Shown: positions 1 to 16,012 of the stretch, in pieces | Position numbering within the stretch: position 1 is the stretch's first letter | How the letters are laid out: each line of letters starts with the position of its first letter | DNA from: the human T2T-CHM13v2.0 reference genome, Homo sapiens | DNA: 64,000 nucleotides | Reading direction: 5' to 3' (one strand) | NCBI RefSeq assembly: GCF_009914755.1 | Contig: NC_060938.1 | The notes under the pieces: generated by a model | The model's input: only the letters and a program-made list of their open reading frames with translations | The model's database searches: none | What the model was told of the DNA's origin: nothing | Made by a program: the position numbers and the translations under genes

Positions 1-900
1 GCCCAGGGGACCACTACCACCAAGACATGGAGACCGGTAGTGGCCCCGAATGTCTGGCTGCACTGATATTTATTGGACACAAAGCAAAAGGGGCAGGGTA
101 AAGAGTGTGAGTCATCTCCAATGAGATAGGTAAGGTCAAGTGGGTCACGTGTCCACTGGACAGGGGTCCTTTCCTGCCTGACAGCTGAGGCAGAGAGAGA
201 GAGAGAGGGAGAGAGACAGACAGCTTACGCCATTATTTCTGCATATCAGAGACTTTTAGTACTGTCACTAATTTTGCTACTGTTATCTAAAAGGCAGAGC
301 CAGGTATACAGGATGGAACATGATAGCAGACTAGGAGAGTGACCACTGAAGCACAGCATCAGAGGGAGATGATTAGGCCTCCAGATAACTCGGGTGGGCC
401 TGACTGATGCCCTACACAAGAGGTGGAGGAGGAGAGTCTTCTCTAAACTCCCCTGGGGAAAGGGAGACTCCCTGTCCTGGTCTGCTAAGTAGCGGGTGTT
501 TTTCCTTGACACTGACGCTACCGCTAGACCACGGTCTGCTTGGCAACGGGCATCTTCCCAGAAGCTGGTGTTACCGCTAGACCAAGGAGCCCTCTGGTGG
601 CCATGTCCGGGCATAACAGAAGGCTCGCAGTCTTGTCTTCTGGTCACTTCTCACCATGTCCCTTCCACTCCTATCTCTGTATGGCTTGGTTTTTCCTAGG
701 TTATGATTATAGAGCGAGGATTATTAATAACATTGGGATAAAGAGTAATTGCTATAAACTAATGATTAATGATATTCATATATAATCATATCTATGATCT
801 ATATCTAGTATAACTATTCTTATTTTATATATTTTATTATACTGGAACAGCTTGTGCCCTCGGTCTCTTACCTTGGCACCTAGGTGGCTTGCCACCCACA
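1..900 (-). mobile_element. LTR13-like (ERVK-class) LTR, cut by the window start
   Basis: The reverse complement begins TGTGGGTGGCAAGCCACCTAGGTGCCAAGG...GCTGTTCCAGTATAATAAAATATAT at 900. It is clearly homologous to the plus-strand copy at 47918-48876. Family name from recall. Confidence 0.8.
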
Positions 901-1899
901 CTCAGAGACCTTTCTCCCTGGGTAAAGTGTGCAGTCCACCAGGGTGCAGACATGCTCTAAATCCATAGACACCTGATGTGTCCTAGAAGTAAGGAGCATA
1001 GGTATGAGCAACCCTACCCCATCCTCTGTAGCTGACATCATTCCCAGTGATCACTTGACAAGTGTGTGGTGCTGCCCAGTTCATTGATGCTTCTCATGTA
1101 GGAGACTAGCAGGCCAGGGAAGAGCACCATCTTGGCAAAAACAGCTGAACCTGTCATTAGGTAAGGGATGTTTTTCCGTAATAGAAGACATAAATTTAAC
1201 TATCATTAAGTCCTCTAGGTTGTCATTTGAAACTGCCCAATATTGATAGCATATGGACAAATGAAAACCTCAATAAGTAATTAGCTGAGTGATGTTTAAT
1301 GTATTGTAGTGTGACCTACTGATGCTGAGCTACACGGTAGTTGTGCTGAAATGAGTGTGGGTAGAGGTCCTCCTCCACATGGTGTAGGTGAGCCTGAGGG
1401 TCTGGCGACCAACATGTACCTGGAGAAGATGCCCATGGGCAGCAGAACTTGTTATAGTGGGTTTGCTGAAAGTGTCTATTTTGGTCCCCTCTATTATGTC
1501 CCCACAAAGCATGTTCTGGACTTCTGACCGTCAAGAGGGCAAAAAGCAGTGAAGGGCTGAGAGAATTCTTTCTGTCTCTTGAACCTGAACATACTGAGAA
1601 GCCTAGAGAGAGCTCGGAGCTCCTGGAGACGCTTATGGGATTTTACCACCCAGGAAGACTCTTTGCACATTATCTGTCTAGATAAACACTCATGCAACAC
1701 TTTAGTAAAGATAAAATGATAGAAGAAATTGTCAAATAACTTCAATTCAGAATATTAAAGTTTATTTAGAAAGTCAGCAGCATGCAGTTTTATTATTGTA
1801 GTTTCATAGCATATTTGCAGTTCAGGTACTAGGAAACCTCCCCCCGCTTTGATGTTTGTATTCAAGGTTACTTTGGACATCTGGGGTCTTTTGTGATTC

Positions 1900-2621
1900 A
1901 ATTTTATCATTTAAAAAGTAGTTTGTTGAAAATGTCATTTGTATAGAAATTGCTTTGGATCTGTAGATTGCTTTGGGTAGTATAGACATGTTAACAGTAT
2001 TATTATCTTCAATCTGTGAATATGGAATAGTTTCCCATATATTTGCATATAGATTTATTTATTTCATCAATGTCATATAGTCTTCAATGCACAGATTTTC
2101 ACTTATTTGACCAACATTTTTTCTAAGTGATTTTTAGAAATAGATATTGGTCTTGCTGTGTTGCCCAGGCTGGTCTCAAACTCCTAGCCTCAAGTGATTC
2201 TCCCCTACCTCCCAAAGTACAAGAATTACAGGTGTAAACTACTGTGCATGGCCACTAAGTAAGTTATTTAATATTATTGTAAATGCAACTGACATTGTCT
2301 TATGATTTTTAAATAGTTAATTTTTAGTTTTTAGTAACACTACTGAGTTTTCCATATAAATTTTGTATACTGCAATGTTACTAAATTTGTTTGTTAGTTT
2401 TCAGTGGCTGTTTTTTCAGAATTTTTTATTTTTTTGGAATTTATAAAGTTATATTGTCTGTAAACAGAAACAATTTAACTTATTCCCCTCAATTTGTATG
2501 CCTTTTACTATTTTTTTCTTTCTCAAATTTCTATGGTTAAAACTATCATCAATATGCTGATTAGAATTATTAAGACTGGGCATTCTTTTCTTATTCCTTA
2601 TCTTAGAAGAAAAGCTTTCCA
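1900..2621 (-). mobile_element. Old LINE-1 ORF2 fragment containing a FLAM/Alu monomer (~2133-2253)
   Basis: Antisense L1 ORF2 motifs (ctgtagattgctttgggtagtatagacat; gggcattcttttcttattcct...aaagctttcc) and an Alu-monomer stretch (ttgcccaggctggtctcaaactcct). Boundaries approximate. Confidence 0.7.
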
Positions 2622-2637
2622 TTGTTCTCAGCAGGAA

Positions 2638-2915
2638 GGTTTATGTCTGGACTCACATTGACTTCCTCTCACTGTTTGTCTTGCACAGTAATACAAACCA
2701 TGTCCTCAGATGTCACAGAGCTCAGGTATAGTCAAAATTGTTTCTTGGATGAATCTCTGGAGAAGGAGAGTTGGCTCTGCAGAGATGGATCATCGTGTGT
2801 GTCACCCTTGCAATGTGTTCCTGACAGCCCATGGAAGCGGGCTAGTGGATTCAGCTCCAGCAGTAACTGTTGGTTGGGATGGACAACCCAGAAATGGGGC
2901 ATGTGAGGAAGAGAA
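2638..2915 (-). pseudogene. IGHV(II)-44-2: Clan II IGHV relic, 5'-truncated, with stop codons and a defective RSS
   Basis: The minus strand reads LFLTCPISGLSIPTNSYCWS*IH* and then an FR3-like LQSQLSFSRDSSKKQF*LYLSSVTSEDM. RSS: heptamer AACAGTG (2670-2676, first C lost), 23-nt spacer, nonamer ACATAAACC (2638-2646). No leader. Name assigned by position next to IGHV1-45. Confidence 0.8.
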
Positions 2916-2985
2916 AATGAAAGTGGATAGCCTGTTACCGAAAACTGCTGGACTAAGACACTTGTAAGCCTGTCAATCTCAGTGG

Positions 2986-4063
2986 CCAACAGACATGAAA
3001 AAAATTTCCAACATCATTAATTATCAGAGAAATGCAAATAAAAACAACAATGAAATACCATCTCAGACCAGTCATAATAGCTAATATGAAAAAAGTTAAA
3101 CAAAAAACAGCTGCTGGGTGGGAAGTGAAGAAAAGGGAACACATACATGGGTGGTGGAAATGTAAATTAGTTCAGCACTGTGCAAAGCAGTTTAGAGAAT
3201 TCTCAAAGAACTTGAAACAGAGCTACTGTTTGACCCAGCAATCCCATCATTAGGTATATAGCCAAAGTAAAATAAATCATTCTACCAAAAAATGCACATG
3301 CACTCATGCCTCTTGCCACACTATTCACAACCGCAAAGATATGGAATCAATCTAGGTGCCAATCAATGATGTATTAGATGAATAAAATGGTATGTATGCA
3401 ATATAAAATCATAAAATACCACACATTCATAAAAAAAAGTGTGGTGGCTCACACCTATAATCCCAGCACTTTGGGAGGCTGAGGCAGACAGATCATGAGG
3501 TCAGGAGATCAAGATCATCCTGGCCAATATAGTGAAACCCCCTCTCTGCTAAAAATACAAAATTTAGCTGGGCATAGTGGCACATGCCTGTAATCCCAGC
3601 TACCCGGGAGGCTGAGGCAGGAGAATCACTTGAACCAGGGACTTAGAGGTTGCAGTAAGCTGAGATCGCGTCACTGCACTCCTGCCTGGTGAGAGAGTGA
3701 GACTCTGTCACAAAAGAAACAAAATCATGTCCTTTGCAGCAACATGGATGCAGCTGGAGGTCATAGTCGTAAACAAGTTAACACAGAAAAAGGAAACAAA
3801 ATATCACATGTTCTCACTTGAAAGTGAGTGCTAAAGGTTGAGCACATGTGGACATGACCATGGAAACAATAGGCACTGTGAACTGCTGGAGTGGGGAGGG
3901 AGAGAGAGGTGCATGGGTTGAAAGACTGACTATTGGGTATTATGCTAACTCCCTGGGTGAGGGGATCCATACCCCAAACCTCAGCATCACACAATATGCC
4001 CATGTAAAAAAACTTGCATATGTACCCCCTGTACCTGAAATAAAAGTTGAAATTTTAAAAATA
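2986..4063 (+). mobile_element. LINE-1 3' end (L1P-type) interrupted by an AluS (~3439-3720)
   Basis: L1 ORF2 C-terminal region and 3'UTR (gaaatgcaaataaaaacaacaatgaaataccatctc; gacccagcaatccc; AATAAA at 4039-4044). The Alu has ggtggctcacacctataatcccagc...gagactctgtc. Confidence 0.8.
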
Positions 4064-4084
4064 ATATTAAAATTATAATTAAAT

Positions 4085-8537
<4,453 letters not shown>

Positions 8538-8539
8538 AG

Positions 8540-10340
8540 CAGCCTATAGTTGGCACTTTTGTTTGTTTGTTTCTTTTTTTCTTTTCTTTTCTCTTCAACT
8601 CAGTCTATGTATTTTAAATGTAAAATTTAATCCACTTACTTTCAAGCTAATAATAGATAGAAGAGGTCTTACTTCTTTCACTTTCATTGATTCTTTTCTC
8701 ATTGTTTTGTGTATCTCTTGTTTCTTATTCTTAACCTATTGGTTATTTTTGTAGTTTTGTAATTTTTGTAGTGATAAGATTTGATTCATTTATTTTCTTT
8801 TTTGTGTATTGGCTTTACTAGTGGGTTTTATGGTTTTTTAAAATTTTTTCATAATTGTGGCTATTATGTTTTCTCTTCCAGATGTAAGAATCTTGAGCAT
8901 TTCTTGTAAGGCCAGCCTGGAGGTGATGGATTTCCTGTTCATGTTAGTCCGATAAACATTATATATTTGTTAGTTTGTGAATAATAATGTTTCTAGGTAT
9001 TATATTATTGGCTGGATACTTTTTTATTTCAATATTTTGAATATACTATCCTACTCTATCATGCTCTATCTTTGTCTTTTGATAATTTGAGGAAAGCATT
9101 CTTCAGAGAGGATCTGTTTAGTTTCAGTCTGTTTGGAATATTTGAGTTTCCTGGATCTGAATAACCATCTATCTCCCATGATATGGGACGTTTTCTGCTC
9201 TTGTTTTATTAAATATGTTTCCTACATCATTTTCATTTTTTTCCCTCTGGAATTTTCCCCTGGATTTTCCATAACTCAAAAACTTGTTTTCAAATTGTGT
9301 TTTGAAAACTATAGGGTTTCTATGTTTTTAAAATTTTATCTTCCTTCCTTCCTTCCTTCCTTCCTTCCTTCCTTCCTTCCTTCCTTCCTTCCTTCTCTCT
9401 TTCATTCTCTTTTTTTTTCTTTTTGGTCTGCTGGAATTATTTTGAAAGACTTGTCTTCAAGCTCAGAAATTCTTATTTTTGCTCGTTATTTTCTGTTATT
9501 GAATCTGTAAACTGCATTTTTATTTTATTCATTAAATTCTTCAGCTGTAAGCTTTTTGCTTTATTATTTTGTATGATATCTAACTCTGTTGAATTTCTCT
9601 AGTCTCAGCTGTTTATTCATTTCTGTGGTTATTTCATGTGGGGTTGAAGAGTGTCAGGCACGTTTAGTCAGCTGTCCTGCTAATTTTTTTTTTTTTTTAC
9701 TTTTACTTAAGTTTTTATAGCTAACCTGGATATTACAATTGGTAATTCAGATTTATAACAGAGTAGTTTAAATTATGATTGCCTTAGTTCAATAGTGCAT
9801 ACAACTCTGCTTCTCTACAGCTGTATCCATTTTCACTTATTGTGTTGTTACATATTCATACATTATAAATTATATGCACATTATTCAAATTTATAATGAA
9901 TTTTATAACCATAAATTATAGGCACATTATTCAAATTTGTCATTACTATTATATCTATTTTTTTTTTAAAAAAGGAATAGAACATGAGACTCAAGGCAAA
10001 AATAAAACAATATTGGTTTTCATTACACAAATGTGATTACTGGGATACTTGTTGTTGTTGTTCTTTTAGGTGTAAGATTTTTAAATATTCTCCACTCTGT
10101 TTTCATTGCAGCCTGCAGGACTCTATTTAGTATTTCTCATTAGGAATTTGTGGTTTTGATGGACTCCATAGCTTTTGTTTATTTCTATTATCTTGATTTC
10201 TCCTTCACTTTTGAAGGTGTTCTTGCTAGTATGGAATTTTTGATTGATAGTGTATTTTAGCACTTTTGATATGCCACTCCAGTGAGCTTTGGCCTTCCTG
10301 ATTTTTGGTGAGAAATCAGTTGTTAATCTTATTGAGGATT
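8540..10340 (-). mobile_element. Degenerate L1M fragments containing a (CCTT)n microsatellite at ~9340-9394
   Basis: T-rich antisense L1-like motifs (agcatttcttgtaaggcc; gagaaatcagttgttaatcttattg) and a CCTT tetramer run. Boundaries approximate. Confidence 0.55.
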
Positions 10341-10467
10341 TATCCTAAACAACAAACTATTCCTTAGATTCTAAGGGCTTAAACATACCTGGTATTTTCA
10401 GACAAATGATATTGAGGTCAAGAGACAAGTCTTTCAAAGCATACATAACAACATTTCACATGCACAT

Positions 10468-10591
10468 AAACATGCTCACAGACTCACACACACCCTCAAC
10501 ACCTTCATATGTAGAGTCATAGGTAATGAAAACATGCTCACAGACTCACACACACCCTCAACACCTTCATATGTAGAGTCATAGGTAATGA
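10468..10591. repeat. Perfect 62-bp tandem duplication inside a CA-rich low-complexity tract (~10440-11010)
   Basis: AAACATGCTCACAGACTCACACACACCCTCAACACCTTCATATGTAGAGTCATAGGTAATGA occurs at 10468-10529 and again at 10530-10591. Confidence 0.95.
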
Positions 10592-13068
10592 CTCACCCAA
10601 ACAAACTCACATAGGGGCACACACTCACTAAGTAATACAAGTAACACATTCACACTCAAATAGCTCTGCACACACTAGCATTCAAACAATTACATTTACA
10701 AAAGTTTTATACTTACACACCTTCAAAAAATTCATGTTCATGTAAATTAATAGGCTCAAATACTGAAGGACCCAGACACACACATTCAATATAACATACC
10801 CTTTTACAAACTAACTCACAGACACAGGCATGCACATTCTCCCACACACTCCCTCAAAGACACAGTCTAATGATCAGAAACTAAATTACTCATTTTAAAA
10901 TAAAACAAAGACACACAAGCTCACACACAGAAACATAGACACTCACAAACACACAGACACAGTTATAGGAATCCTCCCACTTACACACAATGATCCACAT
11001 ACACACAGAATCATATTAAGACTATTCCGTGATCCCAAGATTGAGACAGTAGCCATCCCCAGTCTCCATGGACATCACACTGTGGTAGAGGCTCAGTCTA
11101 CCTTCTAGATTCTTCTGAGAGATGGCCAGGGCTCCAGAGTTCAGGTTCTCACATATTGTATAACTTTTGGGTTAAACCACACCTAAAACACTGAGTGGAT
11201 GTTGTCTTTCATCACTTGATTATCATCGGCATTTCAACTGATGCAATTTTTTACCTCATTTTGAAGGAAATAAAATAAATTCATAGAGTCTCCCTAGGCT
11301 AGATTGATGTATCTCTGTTTCTCCTGGTAGCTTCAAATATGGTACCTTCAAAAATATGACAGTATTCACTAAATACTACACCTCTTACAACACTTTCTTG
11401 GTCAGCTGGTCCAACAACAAGGGAACCCCAGTAGAACAATCATTTTATGGGTCTAATTCTGTACCCACTGCGAACACATACCTTCTTATGTACCAGGACC
11501 TCCACTCCATCACAACATATTGTTATGGAGATGGAAAGAAACATTCTCCAAATTTTCATCATAGATTTGGCAAGAAAACCTGATATTTCTGTCCATTAGT
11601 TTCCAAACCCAGGTGTTGTAGCTCCTGGCCACAAGGCACTATAATACTCTCTGTTATGGGCATTTGCAGCTTCCTGGAGGATGGTATTGTCTCTAAAAAT
11701 GGAATTTCTTTAGAGATTATATTTTCTACTATAAAACAGTGGCAGAAAACATCTGGTATAAATCTCACATTAGACTGTGGAGACTAAAGTCAATCATTTC
11801 ATCGTTTTACTGGTGTCTCTGTTTTGGGGCAAACGTGAAAGAGGAATGTCTGCTGGATCCCTGCTCGTGTTCCATAATCACATCTCCTCTCCCTTAACAA
11901 CAGCTGCATTCTTTCATGTTGAACACATTCTGTAGTAACTCATGCTAGGAAATAAAATATTCAGCAACTTGGACTGTGGCACTAGTAGCTTCTCTGTGAT
12001 AAAAAACACATGTAGAGACAGCAGTCAATCCTTCTAAGGATAAATGACTACCTATCAAGTTTAGGCTTTATTTATATTATTCAAATTGTCTCCATATCGC
12101 TGGTAGGTAACTTTACAGGGTGTCATTATTTTCTTAGACAAATGTGATATCTATGACTTGTCAGCTCAGGCTCAGTGAGAGATGCTAGGTCAGTCTTGAG
12201 GGAGGAATCTGTGTTCAGTCTTCATTGCACATGTTAGGGAAAGCTCTGATATAAAGAGAGAGGACCCTGTAACTTGAGTAGAAGTAATGATTAACGTGCA
12301 GAAGATATTGTACTATGAGTTCTCCATACTCTCTGACCCAGCATAATAGATTTTCCTTGCTTTCAGCTGCTGGCTTCTTTATTTTAAATATTAATTTATT
12401 TACTTTTATTTTATTTTACATTCATTTTATTCTCTTGTTTCCTGAATATTTAATTAAGTACCTATAAATTTTAAAAATCATTTGTAGAAATAACATAAAA
12501 TGGGTATGATGAAGACGCCAAGTAGAGATGCCAGAAAATGAAACAAATAAATAAACAACTTGTGTAAGTTTAGAGTGGTGCATGAGGACAGAAACTCTGA
12601 GGTACTTGTGCTGAATTATAAATGAGGAAGTTCAATTATATTTAACATCCAGAATGTGGGTCATTTCAGTGAAAAAAAAAATTGTAGAGTGGGCTGCATT
12701 GATCAGAAATTAGAAAGGAATAAAGTCACAAAGTTGCAAGACCAGGAGACATTCCGTGTATTCATCCTTTTCCATTTTGCTAGGAAGAGAAAATGGATGG
12801 GCTATACCTTCGTGGGAAATGAGACAAGCCGTTTTTAAGATGACTCTCGAGGGAAGTTGCCAATACAATCACTGAGGCGATGCCCTGACACAGGATGGTA
12901 GAGAGACTTGGTCCTGTGGTGGTTGCTGTCGGCGACACAGGATGCTTAACCCTAGTGGGTGCCTTGCCACTATTTTGTCCATGAGAGACATTAAGCTACG
13001 ATGTGCTACATGCTGGTGAGTTCCTTAACCTCAGATGAAGAGAGGAACATGACAACACAGAAGATGAG

Positions 13069-13616
13069 TGTGATGTTTAATACTGAGTGTCAGCTTGATT
13101 GCACTGAAAGATGCAAAGAATTGTTCCTGAGTGTGTCTGTGAGGGTATTGCCAAAGAAGATTAACATTTGAGTCAGTAGACTGGGTGAGGCAGACCCAAC
13201 CTCAACCTCCCTGGGCACCATCTAATGAGCTGCCAGCATGGCTAGAATGAAGCAGGTAGGAGAAATTGGAAAGACTAGACTTGCTGAGTCTTCCAGCCTC
13301 CATCTTTCTCCCATGCTGGATGCTTCCTGCCCTCGAACATCAGACTCCAAGTTCTTCAGCTTTTTCACTCTTGGACTTAAGCCAGCGGTTTGCCAGGGGC
13401 TCTCTGGCCTTTGGCGACAGACCGAAGGCTGCACCGTCGTCTTCCTGACTTTCGAGGTTTTGGGACTTGGACTGGCTTCCTTGCTCCTCAGCTTGCAGAC
13501 GGCCTATCATGAGACTTCATCTTGTGATCGTGTGAGTCAGTCCTCCTTAAAAACTCCCCGTCAAATACAGACCTCTATCCTGTTAGTTCTCCCTCTAGAT
13601 AATCCTGACTAATACA
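13069..13616 (+). mobile_element. MLT2A-type (HERVL) solo LTR
   Basis: TGTGATGTTTAATACTGAGTGTCA...CCTGACTAATACA, with a perfect 5-bp TSD ATGAG (13064-13068 / 13617-13621). Confidence 0.9.
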
Positions 13617-15412
13617 ATGAGAAAAGTGAAGACCTCACTACATCAACCACATTTCACTGATGAGAACTCGTCCCATGGAGAGCAGCAGGTGTGCAGGAAA
13701 TAAAGGGGTTGGGGGATACTGTCCATAAAAGAAGAGACGCAACCTAACTGAACTCCCCAGGAAAGGAGGGTGTAGATATTTGTTCACAGCTAATGATGGC
13801 TTATGTCAGGACCTCCACAAGGCTTCAGAAATAGTTTGTATTAACAAATCTAATAATTTATATAGTTTTTTTTCCCATATCTTATTTTTCCTCCCTGGGC
13901 AGCACCACAGAATGATGTTTTCAGAATCTCCCTCATCTTCTGTGAGTTCCTGGTAGAGTTCCTGGAAGAAAAGCCTGCATGGGGAAGTGAGCCCTCCTCA
14001 TGTGCAGCCCCTGAAGCTGTCATGTCACCTCACGTTTCTGAGTTATGTCATCAACATTTCTGAGTTAAACTTCCTGAAACATATGGCATTTGGCAGTGTC
14101 TTCCCTATTCAAAAAATGCTTAAATTCTGTTTATCCCTGCAGACACCTGTCTCTGGAATACAGTTTGGTTTTGAGTGTGTAGTAATTGATACTTTACAGA
14201 AGGTTTGTGTGCATCTTGTCATCTTCCAGAGTGCACCTGCCATGCAGTTGACTCCAACAAGCGAGCAGGTTGACTCACTCAGCTGGAAGAGGACAGGCAT
14301 TTCTATAGCCAGCAACCCCAGTGGGGCTGTCACCCTCCAAGACTAATTGGGCTCATGCCTCTGGCTAATGTGCAGCCAGCAATGGAGGGGGACCAGCGCC
14401 CACACAGGAGAGGGTTTCTTCTATTCCCTCCCACTTTGGAAGGAAGTTGGTTGGTTGTGCCTGGAACTCATGCCTGAGTTTTCATTTTCTGTACAAAGGG
14501 CCTCATCCAGAAACACCCTCAAAAGCTTACAGTGAATCTAAAGGAATTATAGAAAATCATACATGATGTGCCTCATGACCAAGGTCTCCACTTCTCATTA
14601 AAGGACATTCCTTATGGGATTCACTAGAACTTGCTTTCTTTCCATAGATATGGATCTGCCTCTAAACATTTAGGAAGCTTACCGTCTGGGAAGGGATACT
14701 AAGTCAGGAGTCACAGAATCTATAGGAACATATACATTTTATGAGTCTTCTAAAAAAGACTCCTAATAGGAATAGCCCCACCCACTTTTCCTCTAACTGG
14801 CTTCATTCCCAGGAACCCACTCGAAGAACCTGTTGTGCTTCAAGATAGTTTAGACTTGGTATGCCAAGGGACCGCCGGAAGAGGAAAGAACCAATCCATC
14901 CATGTAAGTTCATCCATTGTAACTTATTGATGACTCTGGGGCAGGATGGTGACAGTGGGGAAGGCTGTGCATGTGTGAAGCAGGGGCACATAGGAAATCT
15001 CTGCACCTTCTGTTCAATTTTGCTGTGGTCTTAAAACTACTTTTTAATACATTTTATGTAAGAGAGGTGGCAGAGACAAATTGGAATATATTTTGGCCAG
15101 TTTTTAGGAATCATATTCAGCATTAGCCATGTTATCAAGCAATCTTGCTCCAAATTATTTATCTATCTGATTTTAGAACTTACATCTGCACAAAGCCTAC
15201 GTGGGGAACTTTGCATCAGCTTGACTGATTTCTGCTTTTACCTCTCTGCGAATTTTGCATATAGGGTGACAGTTATTAGAAATATTTCCTGTATAGAGTG
15301 CGTACATATTTCTATTACTCATATTCCTCAATTGCTTAGCCTATTTTCTGAACAACTTTAAACATCGTAAGCCCTGTAACCTCCTCATTCAGTGAAGCTG
15401 CCTCCTCCTTGG

Positions 15413-15451
15413 GGTTTCTGACGGTCTTAGGATGTGGGTTTTCACACTGTG
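15413..15451 (-). promoter_or_regulatory. 23-RSS of IGHV1-45
   Basis: Heptamer CACAGTG (15445-15451), 23-nt spacer, IGHV1-type nonamer TCAGAAACC (15413-15421). Confidence 0.97.
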
Positions 15452-15889
15452 TATCTTGCACAGTAATACATGGCTGTGTCCTCAGATCTCAGGCTGCTCA
15501 GCTCCATGTAGGCTGTGCTCATAGACCTGTCCCTGGTAATGGTGACTCTGTCCTGGAATTTCTGTGCGTAGTTGGTGTTACCATTGAAAGGTGTGATCCA
15601 TCCCATCCACTCAAGCGCTTGTCCGGGGGCCTGTCGCACCCAGTGCAGGTAGCGGTAGGTGAAGGTGTATCCGGAAGCCTTGCAGGAAACCTTCACTGAG
15701 GACCCAGTCTTCTTCACCTCAGCCCCAGACTGCACCAGCTGCATCTGGGAGTAGGCATCTGTGGAGGGGACACAGGAGTGGATAAAAGCCACCTTGACTG
15801 GACTCAATCCCCTCCTCATCACTGGGACTTGGGAGCCCCTTACCTGTGGCTGCTGCCACCAAGAAGAGGATTCTCCAGGTCCAGTCCAT
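15452..15889 (-). CDS. IGHV1-45: Ig heavy variable 1-45 gene segment (leader exon 15844-15889, V exon 15452-15758)
   Basis: Leader [15 protein letters not shown]|DAYS with a GT/AG intron. V region [66 protein letters not shown]...YYCAR is open, with both Cys and the Trp intact. Confidence 0.97.
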
Positions 15890-15970
15890 GGTGAGGAGCT
15901 GTGCTTTCAGGGGATTCTCTAGAGGAGGGATGTGGTTGTTGGGTGATGCTCTCAGGGCACAGACATATCC

Positions 15971-16012
15971 ATATTTACCTCAGTCGATCTCAGGTTATTT
16001 GCATATTGATGA
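15971..16012 (-). promoter_or_regulatory. IGHV1-45 promoter (octamer and TATA-like box)
   Basis: ATGCAAAT at 15997-16004, TAAATAT at ~15971-15977, and a heptamer-like CTCATCA just upstream. Confidence 0.9.

Noticed and set aside
11078-11084. Isolated CACAGTG heptamer on the minus strand
   Set aside because: There is no nonamer at 12 or 23 nt and no recognisable V framework next to it.
15459-15465. Cryptic TACTGTG heptamers in FR3 (also 19577-19583 and 46343-46349)
   Set aside because: Real, but the well-known VH-replacement cryptic RSS found in most IGHV genes, so not novel.
15442-15822. ORF-track N-termini of the V genes (MMRRGLSP..., MAISDF..., MAVSDL...)
   Set aside because: These are translated intron. 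The real starts are in the 46-nt leader exons. For IGHV3-47 this does not rescue a signal peptide.
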